Assembly: GCA_964648855.1 (NCBI GenBank)
Contig: CAZYLT010000001.1
Coordinates: forward strand, 90,001-122,000
Origin: an uncultured archaeon
GTDB lineage: Archaea > Asgardarchaeota > Thorarchaeia > Thorarchaeales > Thorarchaeaceae
Direction: 5' to 3'
Length of the DNA: 32,000 nt
Both the position numbers and the translations under genes were made by a program. Below the pieces are notes generated by a model. It worked only from the letters and a program-made list of their open reading frames with translations, was not told the origin of the DNA and did not search any database. Positions 16,798-26,127 of the stretch are shown here, one piece after another; position 1 is the stretch's first letter, and every line of letters begins with the position of its first letter.

Positions 16798-18369
16798 TCA
16801 TCCACGAAGATCGAACCACTTTCTGATTCTTCTGATGGCTCCAAAGTCTGGTTTTTCAACTACACGGAGCGTCCACTTGTTTCTGGCAGGTTTATAGTAT
16901 TCTAGGAAAGCGACTTCGCCACTGGATCGGATTCGCTCCATTTCCTGCAGTTGACCTTGAAGCCATGCCTTCCTAGATATGGGCATCCTAGAAGTAGCAG
17001 TATCGAATAAGGTTGGTTGAAAGTCAAAAACGAGGGCTCGTTCAGTCATGTATTCGAGAATTCCCTCTTGGAGAGTAGGACTTATGGTTTCTCTATCCGT
17101 GAAAAACGAAGCTGCCACTGATACGTTGGGATATTTTTCTGGAATGTTCAGCGCAAATTGGAATGACCGCTTGAATTTGGACAAGTGCGTAGCCGCGTCA
17201 AGAAAGAGGAGGGTTTCGGGTTTTCCTTCGAAGACATCTTCGTCAGGCTCATCCCCCTCTGCCTCTTTTTGTTTCTCAATGAAATCCTGAATAAGCTGGT
17301 CAGTCACTGGAGGGAGGTCTTCCTCACTTGGTTTTTCGTACTTCAAAGAGTCCTCGTCTATGCCGGAGCTGCTTTTCTCTTCCCCCGTGGGACTCTCTGG
17401 TTTTCTCCGACGGCGATATTTTGGATGGATATAACCAATCTCATGAACCAGATGCTGCAATACTAGTGGAAGAAATAAGTCGTAGAGTGTCCCTCTAGTT
17501 TCTGTTATCAACAAAACAGGTTTGAATTGGGATACAGCTACAGCGAGGCCGGAATTGTATTCCGGATCTGCATCAAAGAATTTTCCAAGATTCTCAACAG
17601 AATAGCCATCAGTGACGCGATTTTCCCACTCCAAGTAAACATCTTTTACCTCCTGCTTACGGCGGTCCTTGACGAGACTCATGAACTTCCCAAGGTATTT
17701 GACACCTCTTGATACCGCTGTGGCAGGACTCACGAAGACCGTCATCAAACCAACGGCTTCTCCGGCATATTCACTGGCCTCAGTATCTTTTATCTTTCCT
17801 AGCACCTCTTCTGTCAATGAAGGAGGGCCCAGCTTCTCAACGAGAACTTCGTGCATTCCTTCGAAATTTTCGAAGGATGCATCGCCAGGGCCAATGTCCT
17901 CACCAATAGGGGATGCGTCTGAGATAACCTCAGCAAATAGATTTGGCCGACTTATGAGCCATTGAAGCGGGATCTTCAATGAGGGGTAGTCGTGCATATA
18001 TGTTCGGTCGGATTCCTTTGCGCCGAAGTAGTATTTTTCTGATTGGGGGAACATACCATTGAAGATTTCCATGAATTGATTGAATCCTTCTTCTGTGCTC
18101 AAACCCATCTCAGCGCGTTCGAGCGCATCCGCGACAAAGACTAGTCCCCGACCGGGAGTCTTGGCATCTTTCGCCATAATAGCCATGACCTGTTTTGGCG
18201 AGAGATACAGCAAGTCACTAGCTGCGAATGGAGCATCATAGAATGAAAAAATTCCTAATCTTCGCCAAGGTCGATTATCCATTTTAGAAGTGACAAGGTG
18301 TGAAAACCACTCAAATCCACGTTGATACCTTGAGATGTTTTCTTCAATAAGCTCATGCTCACTCGTCAT
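16798..18369 (-). CDS. Hypothetical protein, probable inactive HerA/FtsK-fold P-loop protein with acidic low-complexity insert
   Basis: Long ORF with AGGTG RBS; TLLFLDAATH at the Walker B position; no Walker A. The fold call is pattern inference. Confidence 0.55.
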   Translation of the reverse strand: MTSEHELIEENISRYQRGFEWFSHLVTSKMDNRPWRRLGIFSFYDAPFAASDLLYLSPKQVMAIMAKDAKTPGRGLVFVADALERAEMGLSTEEGFNQFMEIFNGMFPQSEKYYFGAKESDRTYMHDYPSLKIPLQWLISRPNLFAEVISDASPIGEDIGPGDASFENFEGMHEVLVEKLGPPSLTEEVLGKIKDTEASEYAGEAVGLMTVFVSPATAVSRGVKYLGKFMSLVKDRRKQEVKDVYLEWENRVTDGYSVENLGKFFDADPEYNSGLAVAVSQFKPVLLITETRGTLYDLFLPLVLQHLVHEIGYIHPKYRRRRKPESPTGEEKSSSGIDEDSLKYEKPSEEDLPPVTDQLIQDFIEKQKEAEGDEPDEDVFEGKPETLLFLDAATHLSKFKRSFQFALNIPEKYPNVSVAASFFTDRETISPTLQEGILEYMTERALVFDFQPTLFDTATSRMPISRKAWLQGQLQEMERIRSSGEVAFLEYYKPARNKWTLRVVEKPDFGAIRRIRKWFDLRG

Positions 18370-18444
18370 ACAATACACCTAACTCGACCGACCAAGGTAA
18401 TCGACAAGGGGTATCTCGCTCTTGTTGAGATAAACCTATTGCCC

Positions 18445-19653
18445 TCAGTAGTCCAATCTTAGTGCCAATAGTCCAACCGCGAGGGCTCCAATAAAGAACA
18501 CTACAACGAAAAGGATCCGCCAGTCTATTAGAGGGGGTGATGGATTGTTTGGATCTTCGAGGTAGATGCGGTTCATTATTGTACCATCATCATCAATTAT
18601 ATTGAGGGCTCTGAATGCTAGGCCTGCCCGGTAGAGAGATCCGAATGACACATCAGGAACATTACCCCAAGTTCCGTCATCCGCTTGACAGTTGTAAATG
18701 AAGTCGGCTACTCGGTCAATCTCACTCTCACCGATTCTACCAAGCAACTGAAGGGTTTCTAAAGCCCAATATGTGCTGACAAGGTTGGTATCATTGGTCA
18801 TGTAACCTTCTTCAAAACCACCAACATACTCCTGATATTCCTCATTGAGAACCTGTCGTTCAATAATCCAATTCCCAATTGCTCCTTGATTTGTAATTGC
18901 TTCTAGTTCACCAAGAATATCGAGCGCAAGAAGTGCGCCTGCCGTGGGTGTCACTCCTGGAATGCTGGAAGAGGGACTCAATTTGAATGCATCCCCATCC
19001 ATGCAGCTGAGAATCCAGTCCAGTGTTCTCGTACGATTCCAGAGCCAATCATCAATCGAAGTTCCCAGTTTTTCCGTCATGGCATCTATTACAAAAAGGG
19101 CATAATATGTTGACATAATATCTGGTGAGGAACCTTCTGCATTTCCGAAGCCTCCTGATTCTGTCTGTGTTTTGTTTGCATAAAGCAGAGCTGCTGTAGC
19201 ATTGAGTCTTTCTTCAGTCGTTGGGATATTAGGAACATCCTGTTGGTCCGCAAGCATATTCCACACCTGAACACCATAGTACGAATTCCTAATTGAAACA
19301 GGACCTGCGATGAAAAGCGACCAACCGCCGTATCTCTCAAAGTCTTCTCCGCCGCTTTGCCACTGAAGTTTTCTCGTGAAATTCAGCAATTTGACAAGGT
19401 CCACTGATGGAGGTCTAGCATCAAAGAAGCCTCTGTCATCTAATACTGTAGCTGCCCCCCATGTGGGGTAGAGCTGGGGTGCATCAGCATCAGCAGGGGT
19501 ATATGCACCTTCGGTGGTATCATAATTCTCTGTAATATGTACGTAGAGTGAATCCCATCTAGTTCCCGGATTTGCTGACACTGGTGCCATATAGACTGAA
19601 ACAGTCACTAATGCTAGTACGATGAGTACTCCTGCTACTTGGACTTTCTTCAT
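18445..19653 (-). CDS. Secreted, C-terminally membrane-anchored prenyltransferase/squalene-cyclase repeat (alpha/alpha toroid) protein
   Basis: Signal peptide MKKVQVAGVLIVLALVTVSVYMAPVSA; repeats QTESGGFG, YVGGFE, CQADDGTWG, STYYAL, STYWAL; C-terminal TM ILFVVVFFIGALAVGLLAL. Start reassigned to 19653, which removes the overlap with trxB. Confidence 0.8.
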   Translation of the reverse strand: MKKVQVAGVLIVLALVTVSVYMAPVSANPGTRWDSLYVHITENYDTTEGAYTPADADAPQLYPTWGAATVLDDRGFFDARPPSVDLVKLLNFTRKLQWQSGGEDFERYGGWSLFIAGPVSIRNSYYGVQVWNMLADQQDVPNIPTTEERLNATAALLYANKTQTESGGFGNAEGSSPDIMSTYYALFVIDAMTEKLGTSIDDWLWNRTRTLDWILSCMDGDAFKLSPSSSIPGVTPTAGALLALDILGELEAITNQGAIGNWIIERQVLNEEYQEYVGGFEEGYMTNDTNLVSTYWALETLQLLGRIGESEIDRVADFIYNCQADDGTWGNVPDVSFGSLYRAGLAFRALNIIDDDGTIMNRIYLEDPNNPSPPLIDWRILFVVVFFIGALAVGLLALRLDY

Positions 19654-19771
19654 TTGGATATCCCGGCCAATTTGCTGTTTTGCAGAACATACACTCTGCA
19701 GGATGTGCCTCGTTTGAAGTGGCATTATTAACGTTTCCCCAAAGGTAGCAAATGTACTCCTAATGCCGAAA

Positions 19772-20776
19772 CTAAGCAGAATATCCTCGAGGCGTCTCAC
19801 GTTTCTTGTCACGGATGTAAGTATAGGCAGAGTCTGCTGCAATAGCGCCATGACCAACTGCAACAGCAATCTGTTTCATTCCCTGCACCACATCACCTGC
19901 AGCAAAGAAGCCAGGGATATTTGTGGATTGATGGGCATCGACAAGAATTTCCCTTTTGTCATTTGTTTCAACTCCAAAGCTCTTGGCAAGACTACTATTC
20001 GGGTCCGAGCCAAGCGCAACGAAGACACCGTCTACCTCCATCGGTCTGGTTTCACCAGTCTTAACGTCTTCTATGATAATGTCATCCAGCATATCGTCCC
20101 CCCGAAATTCCTTGACGATATGACTCCAGAGAATCTCAACAGGCGAGTCAAAGATAGTTTCGCGCATTGCATTTTCTGCTCTCAATTCATCACGCCTATG
20201 AATAAGATACGTCTTTTCGGTCAAGTCAGATAGATACACAGCTTCAGTCGTTGCAGTATTTCCCCCACCAACAACAGCCACCGTCTTTTCTCTGAAGAGT
20301 GGGCCATCACATGTGGCACAATAGGAAACTCCACGGCCGGTGAGTCTTTCTTCTCCAGGTATATCCAAATGCCTGTGACCTCCACCGGTTGCATATATCA
20401 CAGCCTTTGCTCTGTAATCGCCTCTCCGTGTTTCAAGAATGAAATCTCCACATTCGCCATCTCTTGAAATGCTCTTTACTTCAGTTATTTCTTTGATGGT
20501 TGCTCCTGATGCCTTGACCTGTTCTTTCATCTTGTTTGCCAAGTCTATACCACTAATCCAAGTGAATCCAGGATAGTTCTCAATTCCTGGGCTCGTTGCT
20601 TGTGCCCCACCTAGTACCTTTTCTTCCAAAAGGACGGTTTTGAGGCCATATCGGGCAGTATAGATAGCTGCGGTCATACCTGCAGGACCACCGCCAATTA
20701 CAACGACCTCCCAATCAAGGTCTTCACCCGGCGTCCCCTTTTTGTTTTTCTTCGAGGCATCCAAGTTGATTTTCAT
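19772..20776 (-). CDS. trxB: Thioredoxin-disulfide reductase
   Basis: GGGPAG, IENYPG, GVSYCATCDG, GGGNTA, HRRDELRA, FAAGDV. Confidence 0.95.
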   Translation of the reverse strand: MKINLDASKKNKKGTPGEDLDWEVVVIGGGPAGMTAAIYTARYGLKTVLLEEKVLGGAQATSPGIENYPGFTWISGIDLANKMKEQVKASGATIKEITEVKSISRDGECGDFILETRRGDYRAKAVIYATGGGHRHLDIPGEERLTGRGVSYCATCDGPLFREKTVAVVGGGNTATTEAVYLSDLTEKTYLIHRRDELRAENAMRETIFDSPVEILWSHIVKEFRGDDMLDDIIIEDVKTGETRPMEVDGVFVALGSDPNSSLAKSFGVETNDKREILVDAHQSTNIPGFFAAGDVVQGMKQIAVAVGHGAIAADSAYTYIRDKKRETPRGYSA

Positions 20777-20807
20777 CAAGTAACACTTTCACTCTGTAAT
20801 TCTTTAA

Positions 20808-21659
20808 CTATATTTGAATTAATCGTTTTATGTCTTCACAGCTTAGTCCCCGGTTTGCATATGTTCGCATTTTGCCAATAGGCTTGATTAGATCCGCCAA
20901 TTGGCGAAAGCTGACTTCCCTAATTGATGCATTGCTATATGCTGTAAGTTCTACAGCCTTCAGCATCCGTTCGGGCTCGAATGAGAATACTTGTCCAGGC
21001 GATACAGCAATAATCGAATCAACATCAGTGAGTTCTTCCCAAGGCCAGACGGTATCATTGAATGCCTCAATAACAACAATGTCGGCGTGTTTTTCAACCC
21101 AATCAAATGAATCACCTATATGACCCTCCAGCATCCCCTCTTCAAATGCATGCGCTTCTGAGAAGCTTGATATGGTTTCTAAAGATGCATCGCCCATCAT
21201 CTTCTGAGCGTTCTTCTTCGTAAACAATACAGACTCAGAGTCCACCAATTTCTCGGCCAAGAGGATTGTTGATTCAAACCCTTCACTCTTTGGATGACTG
21301 AACCTTTGCATGACAAGAACGGAGTCCATTCCAGCTATAGCCAAGGTTGATGGTAATGAGCCTAACGGTCTTTCTGTCAATGCAGGAGCATAAAGCCTAT
21401 GCACAGGATTTGAGAGTTCGACAGGCAGGTCTGATTCGTAGAATTGTCGAACATACGTGGCATCTTTTGAATACAGGGACCCCGATTTCAGGCAATTTTC
21501 TGAATGGGAGTAATTATGCCAAAAGTTGTGAGCACTTAGAGGTTTGAAATACTCCGCGCTCAAACCATTATTCTGCAAATAATCCATGATTTGTGCAGCA
21601 ATACGTGTCTTGCCCGAATTGTAGGTATGAACCCCAATTATGAGTATCCTTTTCGACAC
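20808..21659 (-). CDS. Archaeal predicted P-loop ATPase/GTPase (BioD/CobQ-like, COG4028-type)
   Basis: IIGVHTYNSGKT, FKPLSAHNFW, SNPVHRL, VVIEAFND. Confidence 0.75.
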   Translation of the reverse strand: MSKRILIIGVHTYNSGKTRIAAQIMDYLQNNGLSAEYFKPLSAHNFWHNYSHSENCLKSGSLYSKDATYVRQFYESDLPVELSNPVHRLYAPALTERPLGSLPSTLAIAGMDSVLVMQRFSHPKSEGFESTILLAEKLVDSESVLFTKKNAQKMMGDASLETISSFSEAHAFEEGMLEGHIGDSFDWVEKHADIVVIEAFNDTVWPWEELTDVDSIIAVSPGQVFSFEPERMLKAVELTAYSNASIREVSFRQLADLIKPIGKMRTYANRGLSCEDIKRLIQI

Positions 21660-21674
21660 CGTAGTATTGCTCCT

Positions 21675-21709
21675 GAAAAAATTAGTGAGAAGGAGCCAAA
21701 AAGGCTCCT
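21675..21709 (-). terminator. Hairpin plus T-tract terminator of the thermosome gene
   Basis: Perfect AGGAGCC-N5-GGCTCCT (21691-21709) followed on the minus strand by TTTTTT. Confidence 0.65.
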
Positions 21710-21732
21710 CTATCCTATTGAACTCTAGGCGC

Positions 21733-23412
21733 TTACATCATGCCGCCCATGCCAGGCATTCCACCCATGCCGCCCATGCCGCCCATTCCTCCTGGACCGC
21801 CTGGACCGCCTTGTGGTGGACCACCTGCAGTGGCCTTTGCTGCAATGACATCGTCAATTCTGATGATCATTTGTGCAGCTTCAGCAGCTGAACGTATAGC
21901 CTGATGCTTAACACGTGCTGGCTCTATGACACCTTGCTTCATCATGTCATTGATTTTGCCAGTCATTACATCGACACCAAACCAAATGCCCTTAGCATCC
22001 GAGTGCTCCTTATTCAGGTCAGCAATGATATCAATTGGGTCATGACCGCCATTTTCTGCGAGTGTCTTTGGAACTACCCTGAGAGACTCTGCAAATGCCT
22101 CAATAGCCAACTGCTCACGACCTCCGAGTTTCTTGGCATATGTATCAAGACGCTTTGAGATTTCAGCCTCAACAGCTCCACCGCCCCCAACGTATGTACC
22201 GTCTTCGACTACGTTTCTGACTACACAGAGAGCATCATGTAGTGCTCTGTCAGCCTCGTCAACAACGTGCTCAGTACCACCGCGGATAACGATAGAAACA
22301 GCCTTTGGATCAGCACAGTCCTTGATGTAGACCATCTTGTCATCGCCAATCTTGACTTCTTCCACATTGCCGGCGCTACCCAAATAGGTTTCATCCAGCT
22401 CATCAAGACCTGAAGCGACTTTGGCGCCAGTTGCCTTTGCTAGCTTCTCAAGAGTGCTCTTCTTTGCTCGGCGAACTGCTAGAACTCCAGCCTTTGCTAA
22501 GAAGTGCTGAGCAACATCATCGATACCCTTCTGGCAAATCAAAACGTTTGCACCAGTGTTCAGTATCTTGTCTACCATCTGCTTCAGCATGCCTTCTTCT
22601 TGGTCCAAGAAGGCTTTGATCTGATCAGGAGTTTCAATCTTGATTTCAGCATCAAACTCTGTCTTCTCTACTTCAATGGCTGAGTTGATTAGAGCAATCT
22701 TTGCATCGGTGATTTTTCGTGGCATTGAAGCATGGACTACTTCCTTGTCAACAACCATACCGTTGACAAGCTCAGTTTCTGTCAAACTCTTGCCTTGCTT
22801 CTTGGTTATCTCAATCATATCGATATCAGCAACAGTCTTACCATTTTCTTCTTCAGCGATTTGAAGAACCGCGTCGACTGCGACCTTTGCAAAGTGGCTC
22901 TTAGCTGCACTGATTGACTTGCTGTTCATGGAAGTCTCTGCAATTTTGGTGAGAACATCCTTGTCCATCCCATCCATGGACACTGCCATCTCTCTGAGGA
23001 CCTTAGTTGCCTCATCAGAGGCCTTCTGATAACCACCCACGATTGTGGTTGGATGAATCTTCTTCTCGAGTAGGTCTTGGGCTCTCTTAAGGAGCTCTCC
23101 GGCGATGACCACACTAGTTGTGGTACCGTCACCAGTTTCTTGGTCCTGACTCTTCGCTACTTCAACAAGCATTTTGGCTGCAGGGTGTTGAACATCAATC
23201 TCCTTCAAAATAGAAGCGCCGTCGTTTGTAATTGTGACATCGCCCAGCGAGTCCACGAGCATTTTATCCATGCCGCGTGGGCCTAGTGTGGACTTGACAG
23301 CGTCGGAGATCACAATGCCAGCCATGATGTTGTTTTGCTGTGCGGACTTTCCGCGGGAACGCTGTGTTCCCTCTTTCAATATTAGAATCGGTTGTCCTGA
23401 TAATTGTGACAT
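21733..23412 (-). CDS. ths: Thermosome subunit (group II chaperonin)
   Basis: [31 protein letters not shown], and a C-terminal GGM-repeat tail. Start reassigned to MSQLSGQP at 23412. Confidence 0.98.
   Translation of the reverse strand: MSQLSGQPILILKEGTQRSRGKSAQQNNIMAGIVISDAVKSTLGPRGMDKMLVDSLGDVTITNDGASILKEIDVQHPAAKMLVEVAKSQDQETGDGTTTSVVIAGELLKRAQDLLEKKIHPTTIVGGYQKASDEATKVLREMAVSMDGMDKDVLTKIAETSMNSKSISAAKSHFAKVAVDAVLQIAEEENGKTVADIDMIEITKKQGKSLTETELVNGMVVDKEVVHASMPRKITDAKIALINSAIEVEKTEFDAEIKIETPDQIKAFLDQEEGMLKQMVDKILNTGANVLICQKGIDDVAQHFLAKAGVLAVRRAKKSTLEKLAKATGAKVASGLDELDETYLGSAGNVEEVKIGDDKMVYIKDCADPKAVSIVIRGGTEHVVDEADRALHDALCVVRNVVEDGTYVGGGGAVEAEISKRLDTYAKKLGGREQLAIEAFAESLRVVPKTLAENGGHDPIDIIADLNKEHSDAKGIWFGVDVMTGKINDMMKQGVIEPARVKHQAIRSAAEAAQMIIRIDDVIAAKATAGGPPQGGPGGPGGMGGMGGMGGMPGMGGMM
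21736..21825 (-). repeat. Gly/Met/Pro low-complexity coding repeat (chaperonin tail)
   Basis: Repeated CCCATGCCG-like 9-mers encoding [30 protein letters not shown]. Confidence 0.85.
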
Positions 23413-23516
23413 TTCGATTTCCTCTGTTATCTTTTTTAGTTCCAAGCAAGGCCTATGCCAATTCACTATAGCCTAGAACACAATGCTCTTGCTAAAACTG
23501 TACATGGCCTTCGGAT

Positions 23517-23535
23517 GTTAATATAAAAGGATTGC
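23517..23535 (-). promoter_or_regulatory. Putative BRE/TATA promoter of the thermosome gene
   Basis: Minus strand GCAATCC-TTTTATATTAAC about 110 bp upstream of the start. Confidence 0.55.
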
Positions 23536-23584
23536 CGTGTGTGAAATTTGTTCGCGTATTTTCCACGATGGCAAGGCACAGAAC

Positions 23585-24025
23585 CTATTCTTCAACATGG
23601 ATCTCATAATTCAGGATAGAGGGCACACCGAGTGAATTTTGGATCGGACAGAAATCGTGTGCCATTTTGATGGCCTTCTCCATCTTAGGCCTTAGAGATT
23701 CATCATCGATTGTAACCTTTGCATTCAGAGTTATCTTTTCGAATTTCCACACACCATCAATCTCTTCCATTTCGCCTATTGCATCAACAGTAGCGTGTTC
23801 GAAATCGATACGCATTCTTTCGGCGACCTTGAATAGGGAAAGAATCAAACAGGATCCCGAGGCAGAAACAAAGAGCGTCTGGGGAGAAAACATGCCCTTC
23901 GGAGCATCAGGCCACCAGTCAGGTGCTGAGGTCACCTTGACATCGTCCATATCTTCAAGGCTCATGGAAACAAGATTCTTACCAATACTCTCCGAAGAAA
24001 CTCGGTAGGAGTGTTCATTAGTCAT
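23585..24025 (-). CDS. OsmC/Ohr-family protein
   Basis: SPQTLFVSASGSC and AHDFCPIQNSL conserved Cys pair. Start reassigned to 24025. Confidence 0.88.
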   Translation of the reverse strand: MTNEHSYRVSSESIGKNLVSMSLEDMDDVKVTSAPDWWPDAPKGMFSPQTLFVSASGSCLILSLFKVAERMRIDFEHATVDAIGEMEEIDGVWKFEKITLNAKVTIDDESLRPKMEKAIKMAHDFCPIQNSLGVPSILNYEIHVEE

Positions 24026-24156
24026 TGATATTCCTCTCACAGTAGGGGGATTATGGCGGTATAATAAGATATGCAACTACCAAATCGCGATGTTTCTCTT
24101 TGGAATTGTGCATATATTATTACGAAATGTCCAATAGGATTGAAGCCATACATGTC

Positions 24157-24312
24157 ATGGCGAAAATGATGAAGGCAAAACCAGAATGTCATGTCTGTGA
24201 TAAAAAGTTTAATTCAGTGCAAGAACTAGAAGAGCACCTTAGAAGACATCACAAAGAAGAGGGCAGCAACAACTCAGAACGTATTAGTACCACCGACAAA
24301 CAACGTCTTTGA
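24157..24312 (+). CDS. Small stand-alone C2H2 zinc-finger protein
   Basis: CHVCDKKFNSVQELEEHLRRHH matches C-x2-C-x3-F-x5-L-x2-H-x3-H. Start uncertain. Confidence 0.7.
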   Translation: MAKMMKAKPECHVCDKKFNSVQELEEHLRRHHKEEGSNNSERISTTDKQRL

Positions 24313-24414
24313 AAAACTCAGGACAAGATACTGGAATGCCCCGGAATTTGCTTTAGAAGAACAAATATAATTCCTAAATGATGAGTTATTCCATCTCTTC
24401 TGAGGGAATGATAA

Positions 24415-26127
24415 GTGGAAATAAACTTCAACGTTGGCGGAGCAGCTGGTCAAGGAATCGATACAATTGGTGACCTACTTGCACAAGTCTTCGTCCAAGC
24501 TGGATATTATACATTTACAACTAAAGACTATTTTTCGCGGATTCGTGGTGGTTACAACTTCACTCAGATTCGGGTTTCAGACTCACCCGTACACGCACCT
24601 ATTGAGCAGATAGATGTGGTAATTGCACTAACCGGAGATGCAGTCACTGAGCAACGAGAGAATCTGACTGAAGCAGGGAGGATCATCTTTGACGATACTC
24701 TTGAAGTCGATAGTCCAGAGGACTGTCACTTTGCAGCACCTCTCTCCAAGACCGCCCGAGAGGTTGGCGGAAATGAGAGGATGACTAATGCGGCGGCGCT
24801 AGGTGCAACATTGGCTATTCTAAGGACCCCATTTAGATTGGCCGAAGAGGCACTCACTGAGGTTTTCAAGAAAAAGGGCGAAAAGATAGTTCAGGGTAAT
24901 GTAAAAGTTGCTAAGGCAATGTATGACCAAGCCCAAGAGGATTTTGTAGGGTCATGTCCACAGAATCTCGAGGAAATCGAGGAAGGGCCATGCAAAGATA
25001 GGCTACTTATCACAGGCAATCGCGGAATCGCTCTTGGCGCAACAGCAGCCAATTTGAAATGGATTTCAGCGTATCCCATGAGCCCTTCAACTGCAGTATT
25101 TCAGGACATTGTCAATTGGTCACAGCGATTCAAGATTGCTGCGATTCAGGCGGAAGATGAAATAGCAGCACTTACGATGGCAATTGGAGCATCATTTGTG
25201 GGAGCCAGATCAATGGTTACTACTTCTGGAGGGGGTTTTTCATTGATGGCCGAGTCCCTTGGTCTTGCCGCTGCCAGTGAAACACCGGTTGTCATCTATA
25301 ATGCACAGCGTCCGGGACCAAGCACCGGCCTTCCCACCAGAACCGAACAAGGTGACCTTCTTTTCGGACTATTTGCTAGTCAGGGCGAATTTCCACGCAT
25401 AGTTTTGGCGCCCAAGGATCCTCTGGAGGGGTTTCATGCAACGACTAGGGCGTTCAATCTGGCTGAGAAATATCAGGTGCCAGCAATGATTCTTGGCGAC
25501 CAACATTTCGCAGACTCAGTGAAGAATATTCCCAGGATAGATGTTTCCGAAGTTGAGATTAATAGAGGCAAACTAGCAAAAAGGGAAGAAGAAACCTATC
25601 GTAGGCATGAATTCACAGATGATGGGGTTTCACCCCGTGCATTCCCAGGAGACCCTAGCAAGATTGTGGTTTCAACCGGTAATTCGCATACACAAGCAGG
25701 ACACATTTCTGAGAATCCTGACATACGAAACAAAATGGTGGAGAAATTTCAAAGGAAGATACCTCGTATCCTCGAAGAAATGGAGCCGCCAAAGAAGTAT
25801 GGCAGCAAACAAGCTGACAGCACCATTATCACGTGGGGCTCGACTTGGGGAGCAGTACATGAGGCGGTCCTAAAACTGAATAAAGAGGGGTATAAGATTG
25901 CCCAGCTCCACTTTTGTGACATCTATCCTCTTAGAACACACGAATTGAAGAAGGCATTCGAAGATACGGAATCCCTGATATCAATAGAACAGAATGCTAC
26001 ATCACAATTTGCAAGACTTGTGGCAATGGAAACGGGGCTTCAGCCCGATATGCGCATTAACAAATATGACGGAAGGCCCATGACACCGCAATGGGTAGTT
26101 CGTAAGCTAAAGGAGGGGCATATCTAA
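24415..26127 (+). CDS. korA: 2-oxoacid:ferredoxin oxidoreductase alpha subunit (gamma-alpha fusion)
   Basis: GGAAGQG, SRIRGG, AYPMSP, EDEIAA, TSGGGFSLM, QRPGPSTGLPT, KYDGRP. Confidence 0.93.
   Translation: MEINFNVGGAAGQGIDTIGDLLAQVFVQAGYYTFTTKDYFSRIRGGYNFTQIRVSDSPVHAPIEQIDVVIALTGDAVTEQRENLTEAGRIIFDDTLEVDSPEDCHFAAPLSKTAREVGGNERMTNAAALGATLAILRTPFRLAEEALTEVFKKKGEKIVQGNVKVAKAMYDQAQEDFVGSCPQNLEEIEEGPCKDRLLITGNRGIALGATAANLKWISAYPMSPSTAVFQDIVNWSQRFKIAAIQAEDEIAALTMAIGASFVGARSMVTTSGGGFSLMAESLGLAAASETPVVIYNAQRPGPSTGLPTRTEQGDLLFGLFASQGEFPRIVLAPKDPLEGFHATTRAFNLAEKYQVPAMILGDQHFADSVKNIPRIDVSEVEINRGKLAKREEETYRRHEFTDDGVSPRAFPGDPSKIVVSTGNSHTQAGHISENPDIRNKMVEKFQRKIPRILEEMEPPKKYGSKQADSTIITWGSTWGAVHEAVLKLNKEGYKIAQLHFCDIYPLRTHELKKAFEDTESLISIEQNATSQFARLVAMETGLQPDMRINKYDGRPMTPQWVVRKLKEGHI

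Noticed and set aside
18401-18432. Imperfect hairpin between the prenyltransferase-repeat and HerA-like genes
   Set aside because: Relies on G-U pairs on the non-coding strand and has no T-tract; not enough support.
19654-19869. N-terminal 72 aa extension of the prenyltransferase-repeat ORF
   Set aside because: Overlaps trxB on the same strand; the signal peptide begins at 19653.
21640-21891. His/Ala-repeat plus-strand ORF or possible repeat array
   Set aside because: Antisense of the thermosome GGM tail; no spacers, so not CRISPR.
24310-24381. Selenocysteine read-through of the TGA after the zinc-finger ORF (also considered for korB)
   Set aside because: No redox-motif context or recognisable SECIS element; the downstream peptide is unremarkable.
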